A stretch of DNA of 64,000 bases, taken from NCBI GenBank assembly GCA_963819725.1, contig CAWFXK010000017.1, positions 18,150-82,149 on the forward strand, written 5' to 3'. This document shows, piece by piece, positions 29,444 to 40,273 of the stretch. The notes under the pieces were generated by a model that saw only the letters and a program-made list of their open reading frames with translations, had not been told where the DNA came from and ran no database searches. Position 1 is the first letter of the stretch, and each line of letters opens with the position of its first letter. The position numbers and the translations under genes were made by a program. This DNA comes from an uncultured Acidobacteriaceae bacterium. GTDB lineage: Bacteria; Acidobacteriota; Terriglobia; Terriglobales; Acidobacteriaceae.

Positions 29444-30994
29444 CTACTCCCACTCGATGGTGCCTGGCGGCTTCGACGTAATGTCATACACCACGCGATT
29501 GATCCCCCGCACCTCATTCACGATCCGGCTCGAGATCATCTTCAGCACCTCGTACGGCAGCGGCACCCAGTCCGCCGTCATGCCGTCCTCCGAGTGCACC
29601 GCGCGAATCGCACACGTGTACGCATACGTCCGTTGATCGCCCATCACCCCAACGCTCTTCACCGGCAACAGCACCGCGAACGACTGCCAGATCTTCGTAT
29701 AGAGCCCGGCATTCTTGATCTCCGTTCCGACGATGTCGTCGGCTTCCTGCAACAGCGCCACCCGCTCCGCCGTCACCTCGCCCAGGATACGCACCGCCAG
29801 CCCCGGCCCAGGAAACGGCTGCCGTTGCAGAATGTCTTCCGGCATTCCCAGGTCGCGCCCAATCCGCCGCACCTCATCCTTGAACAAATCGCGCAGCGGC
29901 TCGATCAGCTTCAACTGCATCTCCTCCGGCAGCCCGCCTACATTGTGGTGGCTCTTGATCGTCTGCGACGGCCCCTTCACTGACGACGACTCAATGACAT
30001 CGGGATACAGCGTGCCCTGCACCAGCCACTCCACACCGCCCGTCTCCTCCGCAATCCGCAGCGCCTCATCGTCGAACACCGCAATGAACTCCGTGCCGAT
30101 GATCTTCCGCTTTCCCTCCGGATCGGTCACGCCCCGCAGCTTCAGCAGGAACCGCTTGCTCGCGTCCACCGCCACCAACTTCAGCCCCAGCTTGTCCCGC
30201 AGATTCTGCTGCACCTTCTCAAACTCGTCCTTGCGCAGCACGCCGTTGTTCACGAACACACACGTCAGCTGATCCCCAATCGCGCGATGCACCAGCATCG
30301 CCGCTACCGACGAGTCCACGCCGCCCGACAGCGCACAAATCGCATGCCCCCCGCCGATCTTCTCCCGTATCGCCGCTACCGTCGACTGGATGAAATGCGC
30401 CGGCGTCCAGTCCGGCTGCGCGCCACAAATGTTGAACAGAAAATTCCGAAGCACCTGCGTGCCCAGAGGCGTGTGGTGCACCTCCGGATGAAACTGCACC
30501 GCCCAAATCCGCCGCTCCGGGTTCGCCATCCCCGCTACCGCGTTCGCGGTCTTCGCCGTCAAATGAAATCCCGGCGGCAGATCCAGCGCCTCGTCCCCAT
30601 GCGACATCCACACGTGCATCGACGCCGGCAGCTCCGCAAACAGCGGGTTGGCCGTGTCCACCAACTCCACCTCGGCGTGCCCGTACTCGCGTTTCACCGC
30701 CGACCGCACCCGCCCGCCGAGATGATGCGCGATGAACTGCAGACCATAGCAGATGCCAAGCACCGGCAACCCCAGGTTCAGAATCTCCGGATCGGCTGGG
30801 GGCGCGTCGGAATCGTAAACGGAACACGGGCCTCCCGACAGGACAATGCCCACCGGGTTCAGGCCGCGAATCTCCTCGAGCTTTGCGGTACAGGGCAGCA
30901 CAGCCGAATACACGTTCTGCTCGCGAATCCGCCGCGCGATCAGCTGCGTATACTGCGACCCAAAATCAAGAATGACAATGGAAGGGGTAGGCAC
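29444..30994 (-). CDS. guaA: GMP synthase (glutamine-hydrolysing)
   Basis: GATase domain (GICYGLQ, HPEV), ATP-PPase SGGVDSSV, C-terminal ...KPPGTIEWE. Confidence 0.95.
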   Translation of the reverse strand: MPTPSIVILDFGSQYTQLIARRIREQNVYSAVLPCTAKLEEIRGLNPVGIVLSGGPCSVYDSDAPPADPEILNLGLPVLGICYGLQFIAHHLGGRVRSAVKREYGHAEVELVDTANPLFAELPASMHVWMSHGDEALDLPPGFHLTAKTANAVAGMANPERRIWAVQFHPEVHHTPLGTQVLRNFLFNICGAQPDWTPAHFIQSTVAAIREKIGGGHAICALSGGVDSSVAAMLVHRAIGDQLTCVFVNNGVLRKDEFEKVQQNLRDKLGLKLVAVDASKRFLLKLRGVTDPEGKRKIIGTEFIAVFDDEALRIAEETGGVEWLVQGTLYPDVIESSSVKGPSQTIKSHHNVGGLPEEMQLKLIEPLRDLFKDEVRRIGRDLGMPEDILQRQPFPGPGLAVRILGEVTAERVALLQEADDIVGTEIKNAGLYTKIWQSFAVLLPVKSVGVMGDQRTYAYTCAIRAVHSEDGMTADWVPLPYEVLKMISSRIVNEVRGINRVVYDITSKPPGTIEWE

Positions 30995-31012
30995 AATCCA
31001 GTTTGCCAGGGA

Positions 31013-32047
31013 TTACCCGCCCTGTAAAGAAACAGGACGCTGCGCCGAAGAGGAGTCCGCCTGTGCAGCCTGTCCGGAGCTTGTCGAAGGGGCCAGTCGC
31101 CACAGGTCGACAAACGCCACTACCCTCGCCACCTGAAAGAAATCCGAAGCCACCAGATACAGCACCGTCACCACCGCCCACCACACATACAGCGCGGTGC
31201 CCTGCACCTCTGCCTCAAATGGCAGCGGAACCGCAGAAAACACCATGGCCAGCACGATCATCGCGATCTTCGCGATCCCCATCACCAGGTTGATCTCAGC
31301 CAGCTTTCCCTTCAGCGGCCCCAGCCTCAGACTCCTCACCAGGCTTCCGCCGATCCCGCGGTCGTCCATCAGCATCAGCAGAGGCGCAATCGAAAATACC
31401 CAGCTAAGCAGCGCCCAGACAGTAAAGATGCCCAGCGAAAAGACGATCACCAGCGCAGAGTAAAGCACCAGTGTCGGCTCGCCCTGCGCATCGCCACCCG
31501 CCGACGCTTGCGCGAGCGTGAAATTCGCCGCCCCGCGCACCGCCAGGTACCACACGATATAGCTTCCGCACAGCGCGGCGCCACGCAGCAGCTGCAGCAC
31601 AACCATCGACAACGGTCGCCAGGGCGTTTCCGCGCGGTACCGTCGCACCACCGCGTTCCGCCCCAGCCCGGACACTACAGCCCACGCGATGATTGCGAGC
31701 GGCAACAGCCATTCCGCCGCATGCAGCAACGGAAGCTTCAGCACGTCGATCGCGTCGGAAACCTGCAGCGCTCCCTGCCAGGGATACTGCAGCGAGAAGT
31801 CAAAGACTCCCGTCGCGCGCAGCTTGACCGCGGTCTGGGCCCAGATGCGCCTGCCCTCCCAACCCACCAGCGCCAGGAGCGGGATCCCGAAGCTCCACCG
31901 CCACAGCAGCTCCAGCGCCACCAGCGACGGTCTGCGCCATACCAACGCGAGGATCTGCACGAACGACTGCGTCCCGCGCGTCTCACCCTGCGCCGTCCTC
32001 GGCACACCGGCGGCCGCGGCCGCTCCTGCACGCTCTACAGCAGGCAT
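31013..32047 (-). CDS. hypothetical polytopic membrane protein
   Basis: Several hydrophobic helices. Tightly packed between leuS (5-nt gap) and guaA (18-nt gap). Confidence 0.6.
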   Translation of the reverse strand: MPAVERAGAAAAAGVPRTAQGETRGTQSFVQILALVWRRPSLVALELLWRWSFGIPLLALVGWEGRRIWAQTAVKLRATGVFDFSLQYPWQGALQVSDAIDVLKLPLLHAAEWLLPLAIIAWAVVSGLGRNAVVRRYRAETPWRPLSMVVLQLLRGAALCGSYIVWYLAVRGAANFTLAQASAGGDAQGEPTLVLYSALVIVFSLGIFTVWALLSWVFSIAPLLMLMDDRGIGGSLVRSLRLGPLKGKLAEINLVMGIAKIAMIVLAMVFSAVPLPFEAEVQGTALYVWWAVVTVLYLVASDFFQVARVVAFVDLWRLAPSTSSGQAAQADSSSAQRPVSLQGG

Positions 32048-32051
32048 GGTT

Positions 32052-34698
32052 CTACTTCACCACAATGTTGATCAGCTTTCGCGGCACTACGATGATGCGC
32101 ACAACTTCTCTTCCAGCCAGCAGCGCCGCGATCTTCTCATTCACCAGCGCTGCGGCCTTCAATGCTTCTTCATCGGCATCCGCATCCACCGTCACCACGA
32201 CGCGCAGCTTGCCGTTGATCTGCACGGGGATCTCGATCTGCTCTTCCCGGGCCAGCGCCTCGTCGAACTTCGGCCACGGCGCGCGCAGCAAATCGCTCTT
32301 CTCCCCCAAATGCTCCCACAACTCAAACGCAAGATAAGGAGCAAACGGCGCCAGCACCAGCGTCAGCGTCCGCAGCGACTCCGCCACGACCGCATCCGGA
32401 ACCTTTCCCTCCGCGATCGCCGCCTCCGCGGCCGTCAGCGTATTCACCAGCTCCATAATCGCCGCGATGCACGTATTGAAATGCCACCGCCCCGCAAAGT
32501 CATCGGTGATCTTTCGAATCGTCTGGTGCAGTTTGCGGAGCAACGCCTGCGCTTCCAGCGACAGCGCTCCGCCCGCAGCGCTCCCCTTCTTCGCGCCCTC
32601 ACCATGCTTCATCGCGAACCGCCAAACACGGGCCAGGAACCGGCTCACGCCGGCAACGCCATCCTCCTGCCAGTCCAGATCGCGATCCGGCGGCGCCGCA
32701 AACAGCGCATACATCCGCGTGGCATCGGCTCCGAAGCGCTCGATCATCTCGTCCGGCGACACCACGTTGCCCTTCGACTTCGACATCTTCGCGCCGTTGC
32801 GGATCACCATCCCCTGCGTGAACAGCCGCTCCACCGGCTCGTCATTCTTCACCAGGCCCAGGTCGCGCATCACCTTCGTCCAGAAGCGCGAATAGATCAA
32901 GTGCAGGATCGCGTGCTCCACTCCGCCGATGTACTGGTCGATGGGGAACCAATACGCCACAGTATCGGTTGCAAATGGCGCCTTGTCGTTCTTCGCGTCC
33001 GTGTAGCGATAGAAGTACCAGGAGGAATCGACGAAGGTGTCCATCGTGTCCGTCTCGCGGAGCGCCTTGCCGCCGCATTTTGGACACGTCGCGTTCACAA
33101 ACTCCGCCATCTTCGCCAGTGGCGATCCGCCCTGCTGCGTGATCTCGATATTGTCAGGCAACAGCACCGGCAATTCGCTGTCCGGCACCGGCACGATGCC
33201 GTCCTTCGCGCAGTACAGCATCGGAATCGGCGTCCCCCAGTAGCGCTGCCGGCTGATGCCCCAGTCCTTCAGCCGATATGTAACCGTCGCCTTGCCAAAT
33301 CCGTGCGCCTCGGCGTACGCCGCCATCTTGTGCTGCGCTTCCACGTTGCCCAGCGAATTGAACTCGCCCGAATTGATCAGCAGGCTGTCTTCGGCGGTAT
33401 ACGGCAACTGCTTCTCGCGATCTCCATTGGCCGCCGCTTCTCCGTGATTCCGCGGCAGGATCACGATCCGCTGCTCCAGCCCATACTTCTTCGCGAACTC
33501 ATAGTCGCGCTCGTCGTGCGCCGGCACCGACATGATGGCGCCCGTGCCGTAGTCCAGCAGAATGTAGTTGCCCACCCAAACCGGCAGCCGCTCGCCGTTG
33601 AAAGGATTGATAGCGTAGTGCCCAGTGAACGCGCCATGCTTCTCGATCGCGCCCACATCGCCTTGTTCGCGTGCCTTGCGCTGCTGCTCCAGCAGCGCCG
33701 CGACCTCATCCGACAAACGCGCATCTTCCGCTGCCATCTCCTTCACCAGCGGATGCTCCGGCGCCAGCTGCAAACTGGTCGCACCGTAGATGGTGTCGAT
33801 GCGCGTCGTGAAGACGGCGATCTTCTTCCCCGACCCCTTCACGCCCTCGCGCGCCGGCAAGATCGCGGTCCCGCTCTTCCGCGCCCTCTCCTCATCCTCC
33901 GTCGCGTCGGAATCGTCCTCCAGTTCGAACTGGACCTCCGCACCCTCGCTGCGCCCGATCCAGTTCCGCTGCATAGTCCGGACCTTCTCCGGCCAGCCTT
34001 CGAGCTTCGATCAAATCGTCCAGCAGTTCCTGCTCGTAATTCGTGATGCGCAGGAACCACTGCTCCAGATCGCGCTGCTCGACGATCTGCTCCTCATGCC
34101 GCCAGCAGCAGCCATCCACCACCTGCTCGTTGGCCAGCACCGTGGCGCACTGCGGACACCAGTTCACCTTGCTCTTCTTGCGATAAGCGAGGCCGCGCTC
34201 GTACATGCGCAGGAAGAACCACTGGTTCCAGCGGTAGTAGTCCGGCAGGCAGGTCGTCACTTCGTTGCGCCAGTCATAGCTCAGGCCCAGGCGGTTCATC
34301 TGCCGCTTCATGGCGGTGATGTTCTGCAGCGTCCATTGCCGCGGCGGGGTGTTGTTCTTGAGCGCGGCATTCTCGGCCGGCAGACCGAAGGCGTCCCAGC
34401 CCATGGGGTGCAGCACGTTGTGCCCCTGCATCCACATGTAGCGTGCCAGCGCGTCTCCGATGGCGTAGTTACGCACGTGGCCCATGTGCAGCTGGCCCGA
34501 TGGGTAGGGCAGCATCTCGAGCACGTAGTACTTGCTCTTCGCCGACGAAGCCGGCTCGGCAGCGTAGAGTTCCGGCTGCGCCTCCCAGCGCGGCTGCCAC
34601 TTCGCCTCAATCTCGGCGGGGTTGTAGCGAGCCTCTAAAGGTGCGGACTCTCCGGCGCCGGCCGCTCGGGCAGCTTGTGCTTGTTCTTTTGTCGCCAT
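32052..34698 (-). pseudogene. leuS: leucine--tRNA ligase, frame broken by one extra base near 34005-34011
   Basis: The N-terminal ORF (33892..34698) has [15 protein letters not shown] (HIGH) and ends ...[10 protein letters not shown]. The adjacent frame reads (K)[21 protein letters not shown] and continues to KMSKSKGN and the C-terminus (ORF 32052..33974). Confidence 0.9.
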
Positions 34699-34946
34699 AG
34701 GACGGACTCAGCCTTGATTGTAAATTGATGCGTCCGGGAGCCTGGCGCTGCCGGAGTGAAGGGGATGCGACGGCCTCCGAGGACCAGGAGCGGCGGGTTC
34801 GAACCCCTCACGTTTTCGGAGCCGGGGGTGTCGACCCCTATGGATGTTGTTGATTTTGCTCGGAATGGCCTCCTCTCCAACCCCCTCTGTGTTAACTAAG
34901 TAGTTATGGGGAGGCGAGCCGCGGAAAAGAGCCACATCGGCTGCCC

Positions 34947-35645
34947 TCAGAACAGGGTCTGCGCCGCCACCTGCTCCAGCAGCGCAGCCGAGTTGTTCTT
35001 CACATTCCCCACCGCGGGGTCCACCCGCCACGTCCGCATCTGTTCTGCCTCAAACGGCCGCAGCAAATCCAGAGGCGGCCTCCCAGCCTCGTCGCGCCGC
35101 AACCAGCGTTCGTAATCCCGCGGCTGCAAAATCACCGGCATTCGATCGTGCATCGGCGAAGTCAGTTCGTTGGCTTCCGTGGTGATGATCGCAAAACTCT
35201 CCAGCACCGTCTTGTGATCCTTCGACCGCCAACGGTCCCACAAGCCCGCAAACGCCAGCGGCGCATCGTTCTTCAGCGCGATCGCCCACGGCTGTTTCGT
35301 CTTCTCGCTGAATTTCTGCCACTCGTAGAACCCATCCGCCGGCACCAGGCATCGCCGCCTCTCGAACGGCTCCCGCCACATCGGCTTCTCCATCAGGCTC
35401 TCCGACTTCGCGTTGATGGTGCTCACGCCCAGCTTCTTCGGATCCTCTGCCCAATACGGAATCAGCCCCCAGTACATCGCGCGAATCTCGCGCTCGCCCG
35501 TGTCGCGATTCTCCACGACTACCGGCTGGAACGTTGTCGGAGCCACGTTATAGTCCGGCAGAATTTCGAACGACGGCGGCACGCCGACTTTGAATGCTTC
35601 GGCAATCCGCTGCTTGTCCGACCGGCGATAGTAGCGTCCACACAT
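34947..35645 (-). CDS. SOS response-associated peptidase (SRAP/YedK, abasic-site processing)
   Basis: MCGRYY... has the obligatory Cys2, so ATG 35645 is preferred over the two upstream Met codons. Confidence 0.85.
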   Translation of the reverse strand: MCGRYYRRSDKQRIAEAFKVGVPPSFEILPDYNVAPTTFQPVVVENRDTGEREIRAMYWGLIPYWAEDPKKLGVSTINAKSESLMEKPMWREPFERRRCLVPADGFYEWQKFSEKTKQPWAIALKNDAPLAFAGLWDRWRSKDHKTVLESFAIITTEANELTSPMHDRMPVILQPRDYERWLRRDEAGRPPLDLLRPFEAEQMRTWRVDPAVGNVKNNSAALLEQVAAQTLF

Positions 35646-35799
35646 CATCACGCTCCGGCGTGTCTCGTTTGCCCAAACCCACCTGGCTGCACAAATTGTA
35701 GAGAACCGCCGCCATCCCTTGCCTCGCGCTACACTGGCTGGCGTTGTTCACGGGCCCGCGCCCCGCGCCGCCCGCGCAAATTCACCACGGAGTACACCC

Positions 35800-36949
35800 A
35801 TGCGCTGGATGGCATCGATCGCGTTCCTCGCCGCCACTTTCTCAATGCAGGCAAACGCCCAGAGTGCAGCCCAGTGGCCCGACATCACCCAGGCTCAGGA
35901 CTACACCTGGCACCTCGCTTCCAGCCAGGAAACCACCGGAGCCAACGTCGACTACCGCAGCATCACCCCCGGACAAACCCTCACCGTCCTCGATACCGAC
36001 GGCCCCGGCGTCATCTCCCACGTCTGGTTCACCATCGCCAGCCCCGAGCCCTACCATCTCAAGCGCATCGTCCTCCGCATGTACTGGGACGGCGAAGAGT
36101 CCCCCAGCGTCGAAACCCCCATCGGCGACTTCTTCGGCCTCGGTCTTGGCGAGTATTTCTGCTGGCAATCCGCCATGCTCTCCGTCGGGAGCGCCAGGGC
36201 CATGAACTCTTTCTTCCCCATGCCCTTCCAGCACCACGCGCGCATCACCGTCACCAACGACGGCAAGATGACGCTCTCCAGCCTTTACTACAACATCGAA
36301 TACCGCACCTACACTCATCCGCTCCCTGCTTCCACGCTCTATTTCCATGCGCAGTATCGCCAGGCGCAGCCCAATCACGGCTGGACGAACCAGTGGTACG
36401 AAAACGGCGATCCGCTCATCAACTACAAACGCAACCTCGACGGCAAAGATAACTACGTCTGGTTCGAAGCCAAAGGCCGCGGCCAGTACATCGGCGTCAC
36501 CATGTCGATCCTCCAGAATCAGGACGGCTGGTGGGGTGAAGGCGATCCCATGTTCTTCATCGATGGCACCACCACCCCGGTTATCGGCACCGGCTCAGAA
36601 GACTACTTCCTCGGCGCCTGGGACTTCGGCGGCGTCGCCTTCGGCTATCCCCTCTACGGCGCACCCGTCCTCGGTAAAGAGCTCGCCGGCGAACGATGGT
36701 CCGTCTACCGCTTCCACCTCGACTCGCCCATCACCTTCACCCAATCCATGAAGGCGACCATCGAACATGGTCACGCCAACGCCCGTTCCGACAACTTCTA
36801 CTCCGTCGCTTACTGGTACCAGACCGAACCCCACATCGCCGTTCCCGCCGCTGCCCTCCATGGACGACAGGATTCCGACGCTGGAGATTGTCGGCGGTCC
36901 CGGCAACGAATCGCCCTCTCACCCGGGCACCGGCCTCTCTCCGAAATAG
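35800..36949 (+). pseudogene. DUF2961 (GH172-like) secreted protein, frame broken in the CCCC run at 36829-36832
   Basis: Signal peptide MRWMASIAFLAATFSMQANA and conserved GSEDYFLGAWDF...AYWYQTEP. The next frame continues TSPFPPLPSMDDRIPTLEIVGGPG...* (ORF 36767..36949). The unshifted frame runs through tRNA-Ser. Confidence 0.8.
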
Positions 36950-37048
36950 GCAGAAGCAGCCGCCGAGTATCAAGCCGCAACTCCATGGCGCGCCATTCCG
37001 ATCGCGCCCCCCCGTCGTACTATGGTGATAGCCAACCTGCCCTCACGC

Positions 37049-37138
37049 GGAGGGATGTGTGAGTGGTTGAAACAGGCGGTCTTGAAAACCGCTGTGCCCG
37101 CAAGGGTACCGGGGGTTCGAATCCCTCTCCCTCCGCCA
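37049..37138 (+). tRNA. tRNA-Ser (anticodon TGA), CCA encoded
   Basis: GGAGGGATGTGTGAGTGGTTGAAACAGGCGGTCTTGAAAACCGC...GGGGGTTCGAATCCCTCTCCCTCCGCCA, with a long variable arm and anticodon loop CTTGAAA. Confidence 0.9.
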
Positions 37139-37433
37139 CGCCTTTCCCCAGCCGGGGTCGATATGGTGCCCAGGCTCCCATCATCTCTCCCACATTCGTG
37201 GGATCCAAACGGCTTCCTTTAGCGAGTGAATGGCATCTCAATTGCGCAGAAAGGGGCGCGTGAGAACGTAAATATTTCCCTCATTCCGCCACTCGAGGAC
37301 TCGAACTGCTTCAAATTAATACACTTAATGGTTGGCCATCCAATTGCCATTCTTGGTGTCTAAGAATGAAATAGTCGGCAGGCCGCATCCCAAGGCAATC
37401 GCGGCCCCCGGCAGAAAGATCAGGCCCCAGAGT

Positions 37434-37799
37434 ATGGATAAGCTGTCGGCAAAAATTGACAACTGGGCCGTCGTCGACAATCTCATCTTTCACGGTTTCC
37501 GCAAGCTGGAGCCGGGACAGCGTCTGACGGGCTACCTCATGGGCCACTCCGACCTCCCCAACGGCGTGATCTACACCGCTGTCATCCAGAGCGTCGACCA
37601 GGCCAACGGCCTCGTCGAGACCGCCAACACCGTCTATCGCCTCGGCCAGGCGAACGAGTTTTACCAGCAGTGGACCGCTGAGCAAAAGGAAGAGGGCGCT
37701 TCCCAGCAGGTGCCCGTCCGCAGCTTCGTGCCGGAATCGCGCCGCCCCTCAACCGGGTATCCCTCTGTCGCCTCCATTCCTGCTTACCGGCAGGGATAG
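37434..37799 (+). CDS. small protein of unrecognised family, paralog 1 (may start at TTG 37332)
   Basis: KIDNWAVVDNLIFHGFRKLEPGQRLTGYLMGHSDLPNGVIYTAVIQSVDQANGLVETANTVYRLGQANEFYQQW. About 40 of 74 aligned residues are identical to the ORF at 40274. Confidence 0.6.
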   Translation: MDKLSAKIDNWAVVDNLIFHGFRKLEPGQRLTGYLMGHSDLPNGVIYTAVIQSVDQANGLVETANTVYRLGQANEFYQQWTAEQKEEGASQQVPVRSFVPESRRPSTGYPSVASIPAYRQG

Positions 37800-37820
37800 A
37801 CGATTAGCCTCCTCATCCAG

Positions 37821-37852
37821 CAGCCCTCCCCTCCGTACGGAGCGGAGGGCTG
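37821..37852. terminator. bidirectional stem-loop between convergent genes
   Basis: CAGCCCTCC...CTCCGTACGGAG...GGAGGGCTG nested palindrome. The outer ACGATT/AATCGT bases also pair. Confidence 0.5.
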
Positions 37853-37871
37853 AATCGTCTCTGGCGAGCCG

Positions 37872-40019
37872 CTACTTCTTCACTTCGGTTCCGGAAGCGG
37901 GCGCCGCAGGTGCCGGCGTCTTGCCCAGCACCCACTTGTCATACCAGTCGAACCACCGCTGGTAGCGGTCGTGGACGAAGCTCGGCCGCGTGAATCCGTG
38001 GAACTGCCCCGGATAGACGATCAGCTCCGCCGGCACATTCAGGCTCTTCAGCGCCTCATACATCTGCTCCCCGCCGTTCAGCGGCACGTTAAAGTCCTTG
38101 TCCCCGCCCATGAACAGGGTCGGGGTTTTGATGCGGTCCGCATGGAAGAACGGGTACCCCAGCTGGATATACTTCTGCGGATCCTTCCACGGCGGCCCCA
38201 GCTCGTTGTCGTATTGCAGGATGTACTCATCGACTCCGTACAGCACCAGCGGATTGCCCATGCCCGCGCCGCTGCTCGCTGCCTTGAATCGCGTCGTACT
38301 TGCAATCGTGTAATCGGTCAGGATCCCGCCATAGCTCCAGCCACCCACTCCCATCTTGTCCGGATCGACCAGCCCCTGCTTTACGACTTCATCCACCATG
38401 GCCTGCAGATCGGCCACTTCATGATCGCCCCAGTCCGCCGCAATGATCTTCTGGTATGCGCTGCCGCGTCCTGAGCTCCCGCGATAGTTCACGTTCAGTT
38501 CCGCGTAGCCGTGTGCCGCGAACAGCTGCCGGTGCAGGTTGAACGCATGATTGTCCTGCCCGTTGGGCCCGCCGTGGATGAACAGCAGCAGCGGCGCCTT
38601 TGTGCCCTCCTTCCAGTCCACCGGCATGGTCAGCAGCCCGTGAACCTCCGTGCCGTCTTTCTCCATCGCCTTCACGTCGCGCGTGTCGGCCAGCTTCAGG
38701 CTCGCCACTTCCTCATCGTTGTGGTGCGTCAGCTTGCGCAGCGATCCATTCTCGAAGGCGTAGATCTCTCCCGGCTGCGTGTTGGTCGACCACACCACCG
38801 CCGTATGCCCGGCGGCCTGGTTCATTCCGAGCGTCGCGCCCGGATCGGTCACGTCCCGGTGTACTTGCCCGGTTGCAATGTCCACGCTCGCCGGATACTC
38901 ATCCCGATCGTCCTCGACGACCAGCTCGATCGACTTTCCATCTGGCGAAAACAGCGGGGAGGAAACGCCCCGATCCAGCGCCGTCGTCAGAATCCGCGGC
39001 GCTGCGCTTCCGTCCGCCGCCACGATCCCGAGCTTCTCCTCGCTGTACTGCCACAGCTTCAGCGGATCGCCCTCGGTAAACGCAATCCACTTGCTGTCCG
39101 GACTCCACGCGATCCGTCCGCCATCGGGCCCGTCATACGTCGTCAGCCGCTTCGGCGTCGAATTCGGCTTCGCGTCCACCACCCACACATCCGTGTTGAT
39201 CGACCGGTCCGGGTCAGGATCGTGGTTGCTCACGTACGCGATCTTCGTCCCATCCGGCGACCACAGCGCGTTGCCCTCGTCGTAGTTCTTATCGGTTGTC
39301 AGCTTTTCCAGCTTCTTCGTCGCGACGTCCCAAAGGAAGAGCTGCGTATGCTCGTTGCTCTTGAGATAACCCTCGACGTCCTGTTTAAAGTGGTAGCGGT
39401 CCAGCACGATTGGCTTCGGCTTCTCCTTCTCTTTGTCGGCGCCCTTCTTTTCCGCCGCCGCTTCCTCTTCGCTTTGCGGCGTGATCGACAACAATAGCTT
39501 CTTCGCGTCCGGCGCCCATGCGTACGCCGACAAATGTCCCTTCACATCGGTCAGCTGGTGCGCCTCGCCGCCGCGCCGGTCCATCACCCAAACCTGCGAG
39601 CCCTTCGCGGTCCCGGTTCGCCCCGCCGCGAACGAGATGTATTTGCCGTCCGGACTCCAGCGCGGCGCACCCGACGAGCTCAGATCGTCCGACTCCTCGT
39701 CCACATCGCCGGCCCACGTCAGCCGCAGGTCTTCCTTGCCGTCCCACGAGACCATCCACAGATCCGTGATCCGCTTGTCGGCCTTCGTCTCGATCGTCGA
39801 AACCGTGTATGCCACCCACTGCCCATCCGGCGAGACCACCGGCCCCATCACGTCGTGAAACCGCGCCAGGTCGTCCAGGCCGATCAAATGGGGTTGCTGC
39901 GGCGCTGCCGGAGTTTGCGCCTGCAATGCGGCGGGCGACAGTGCCATGGCCGCGGCGCACATCACCAGAGCAGGCACACCGATTGCGGAGAATGCGAGAG
40001 ATTCAGGTTTGGAGAGCAT
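37872..40019 (-). CDS. S9 family serine peptidase (beta-propeller plus alpha/beta hydrolase; acylaminoacyl/dipeptidyl peptidase-like)
   Basis: Signal-like MLSKPESLAFSAIGVPALVMCAAAMALSPAALQAQ, propeller repeats, catalytic GGWSYGG, and a C-terminal ...GDKDFNVP...FHGF. Confidence 0.85.
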   Translation of the reverse strand: MLSKPESLAFSAIGVPALVMCAAAMALSPAALQAQTPAAPQQPHLIGLDDLARFHDVMGPVVSPDGQWVAYTVSTIETKADKRITDLWMVSWDGKEDLRLTWAGDVDEESDDLSSSGAPRWSPDGKYISFAAGRTGTAKGSQVWVMDRRGGEAHQLTDVKGHLSAYAWAPDAKKLLLSITPQSEEEAAAEKKGADKEKEKPKPIVLDRYHFKQDVEGYLKSNEHTQLFLWDVATKKLEKLTTDKNYDEGNALWSPDGTKIAYVSNHDPDPDRSINTDVWVVDAKPNSTPKRLTTYDGPDGGRIAWSPDSKWIAFTEGDPLKLWQYSEEKLGIVAADGSAAPRILTTALDRGVSSPLFSPDGKSIELVVEDDRDEYPASVDIATGQVHRDVTDPGATLGMNQAAGHTAVVWSTNTQPGEIYAFENGSLRKLTHHNDEEVASLKLADTRDVKAMEKDGTEVHGLLTMPVDWKEGTKAPLLLFIHGGPNGQDNHAFNLHRQLFAAHGYAELNVNYRGSSGRGSAYQKIIAADWGDHEVADLQAMVDEVVKQGLVDPDKMGVGGWSYGGILTDYTIASTTRFKAASSGAGMGNPLVLYGVDEYILQYDNELGPPWKDPQKYIQLGYPFFHADRIKTPTLFMGGDKDFNVPLNGGEQMYEALKSLNVPAELIVYPGQFHGFTRPSFVHDRYQRWFDWYDKWVLGKTPAPAAPASGTEVKK

Positions 40020-40273
40020 GACCGGAAGTATATAGAACCCCTCGGCATCGGTAACCGCTGCAGTGACCAGTCGCCCGCGCCTGCAATGAACAGGGAACAA
40101 TCTCTCATTGCGAGAGAAAAAACTTCACGGTGCCGAGCGTCGATGTCGTTAAATGGCGCTATTTACTCATCCGTTATGATGGCACCCAAATTGCTTTCAA
40201 TTCTCCAGTAGGCATCAGCCACGGGCTTGGACCGTTGAACGCGACCAGTGGCGGAAACGTCAGGTCTCGCACC

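Noticed and set aside
31689-34046. Very long ORFs antisense to recognised genes (for example 31689..34046 +, 35148..36452 +, 60285..62303 +, 47698..49446 -, 505..1470 -, 41283..42974 +).
   Set aside because: They lie opposite strongly conserved genes (leuS, SRAP/DUF2961, hypDE, fucosidase, flotillin). They are Arg/Pro/His/Gly-rich with no motifs and are typical shadow ORFs of high-GC DNA.
34699-34946. SRP RNA, 6S RNA, tmRNA or a T-box in the leuS upstream spacer.
   Set aside because: The conserved SRP domain IV string (GGUCCGGAAGGAAGCAGCC) and the tmRNA tRNA-like end are not present, and there is no T-box specifier or antiterminator pattern. Only generic hairpins are seen.
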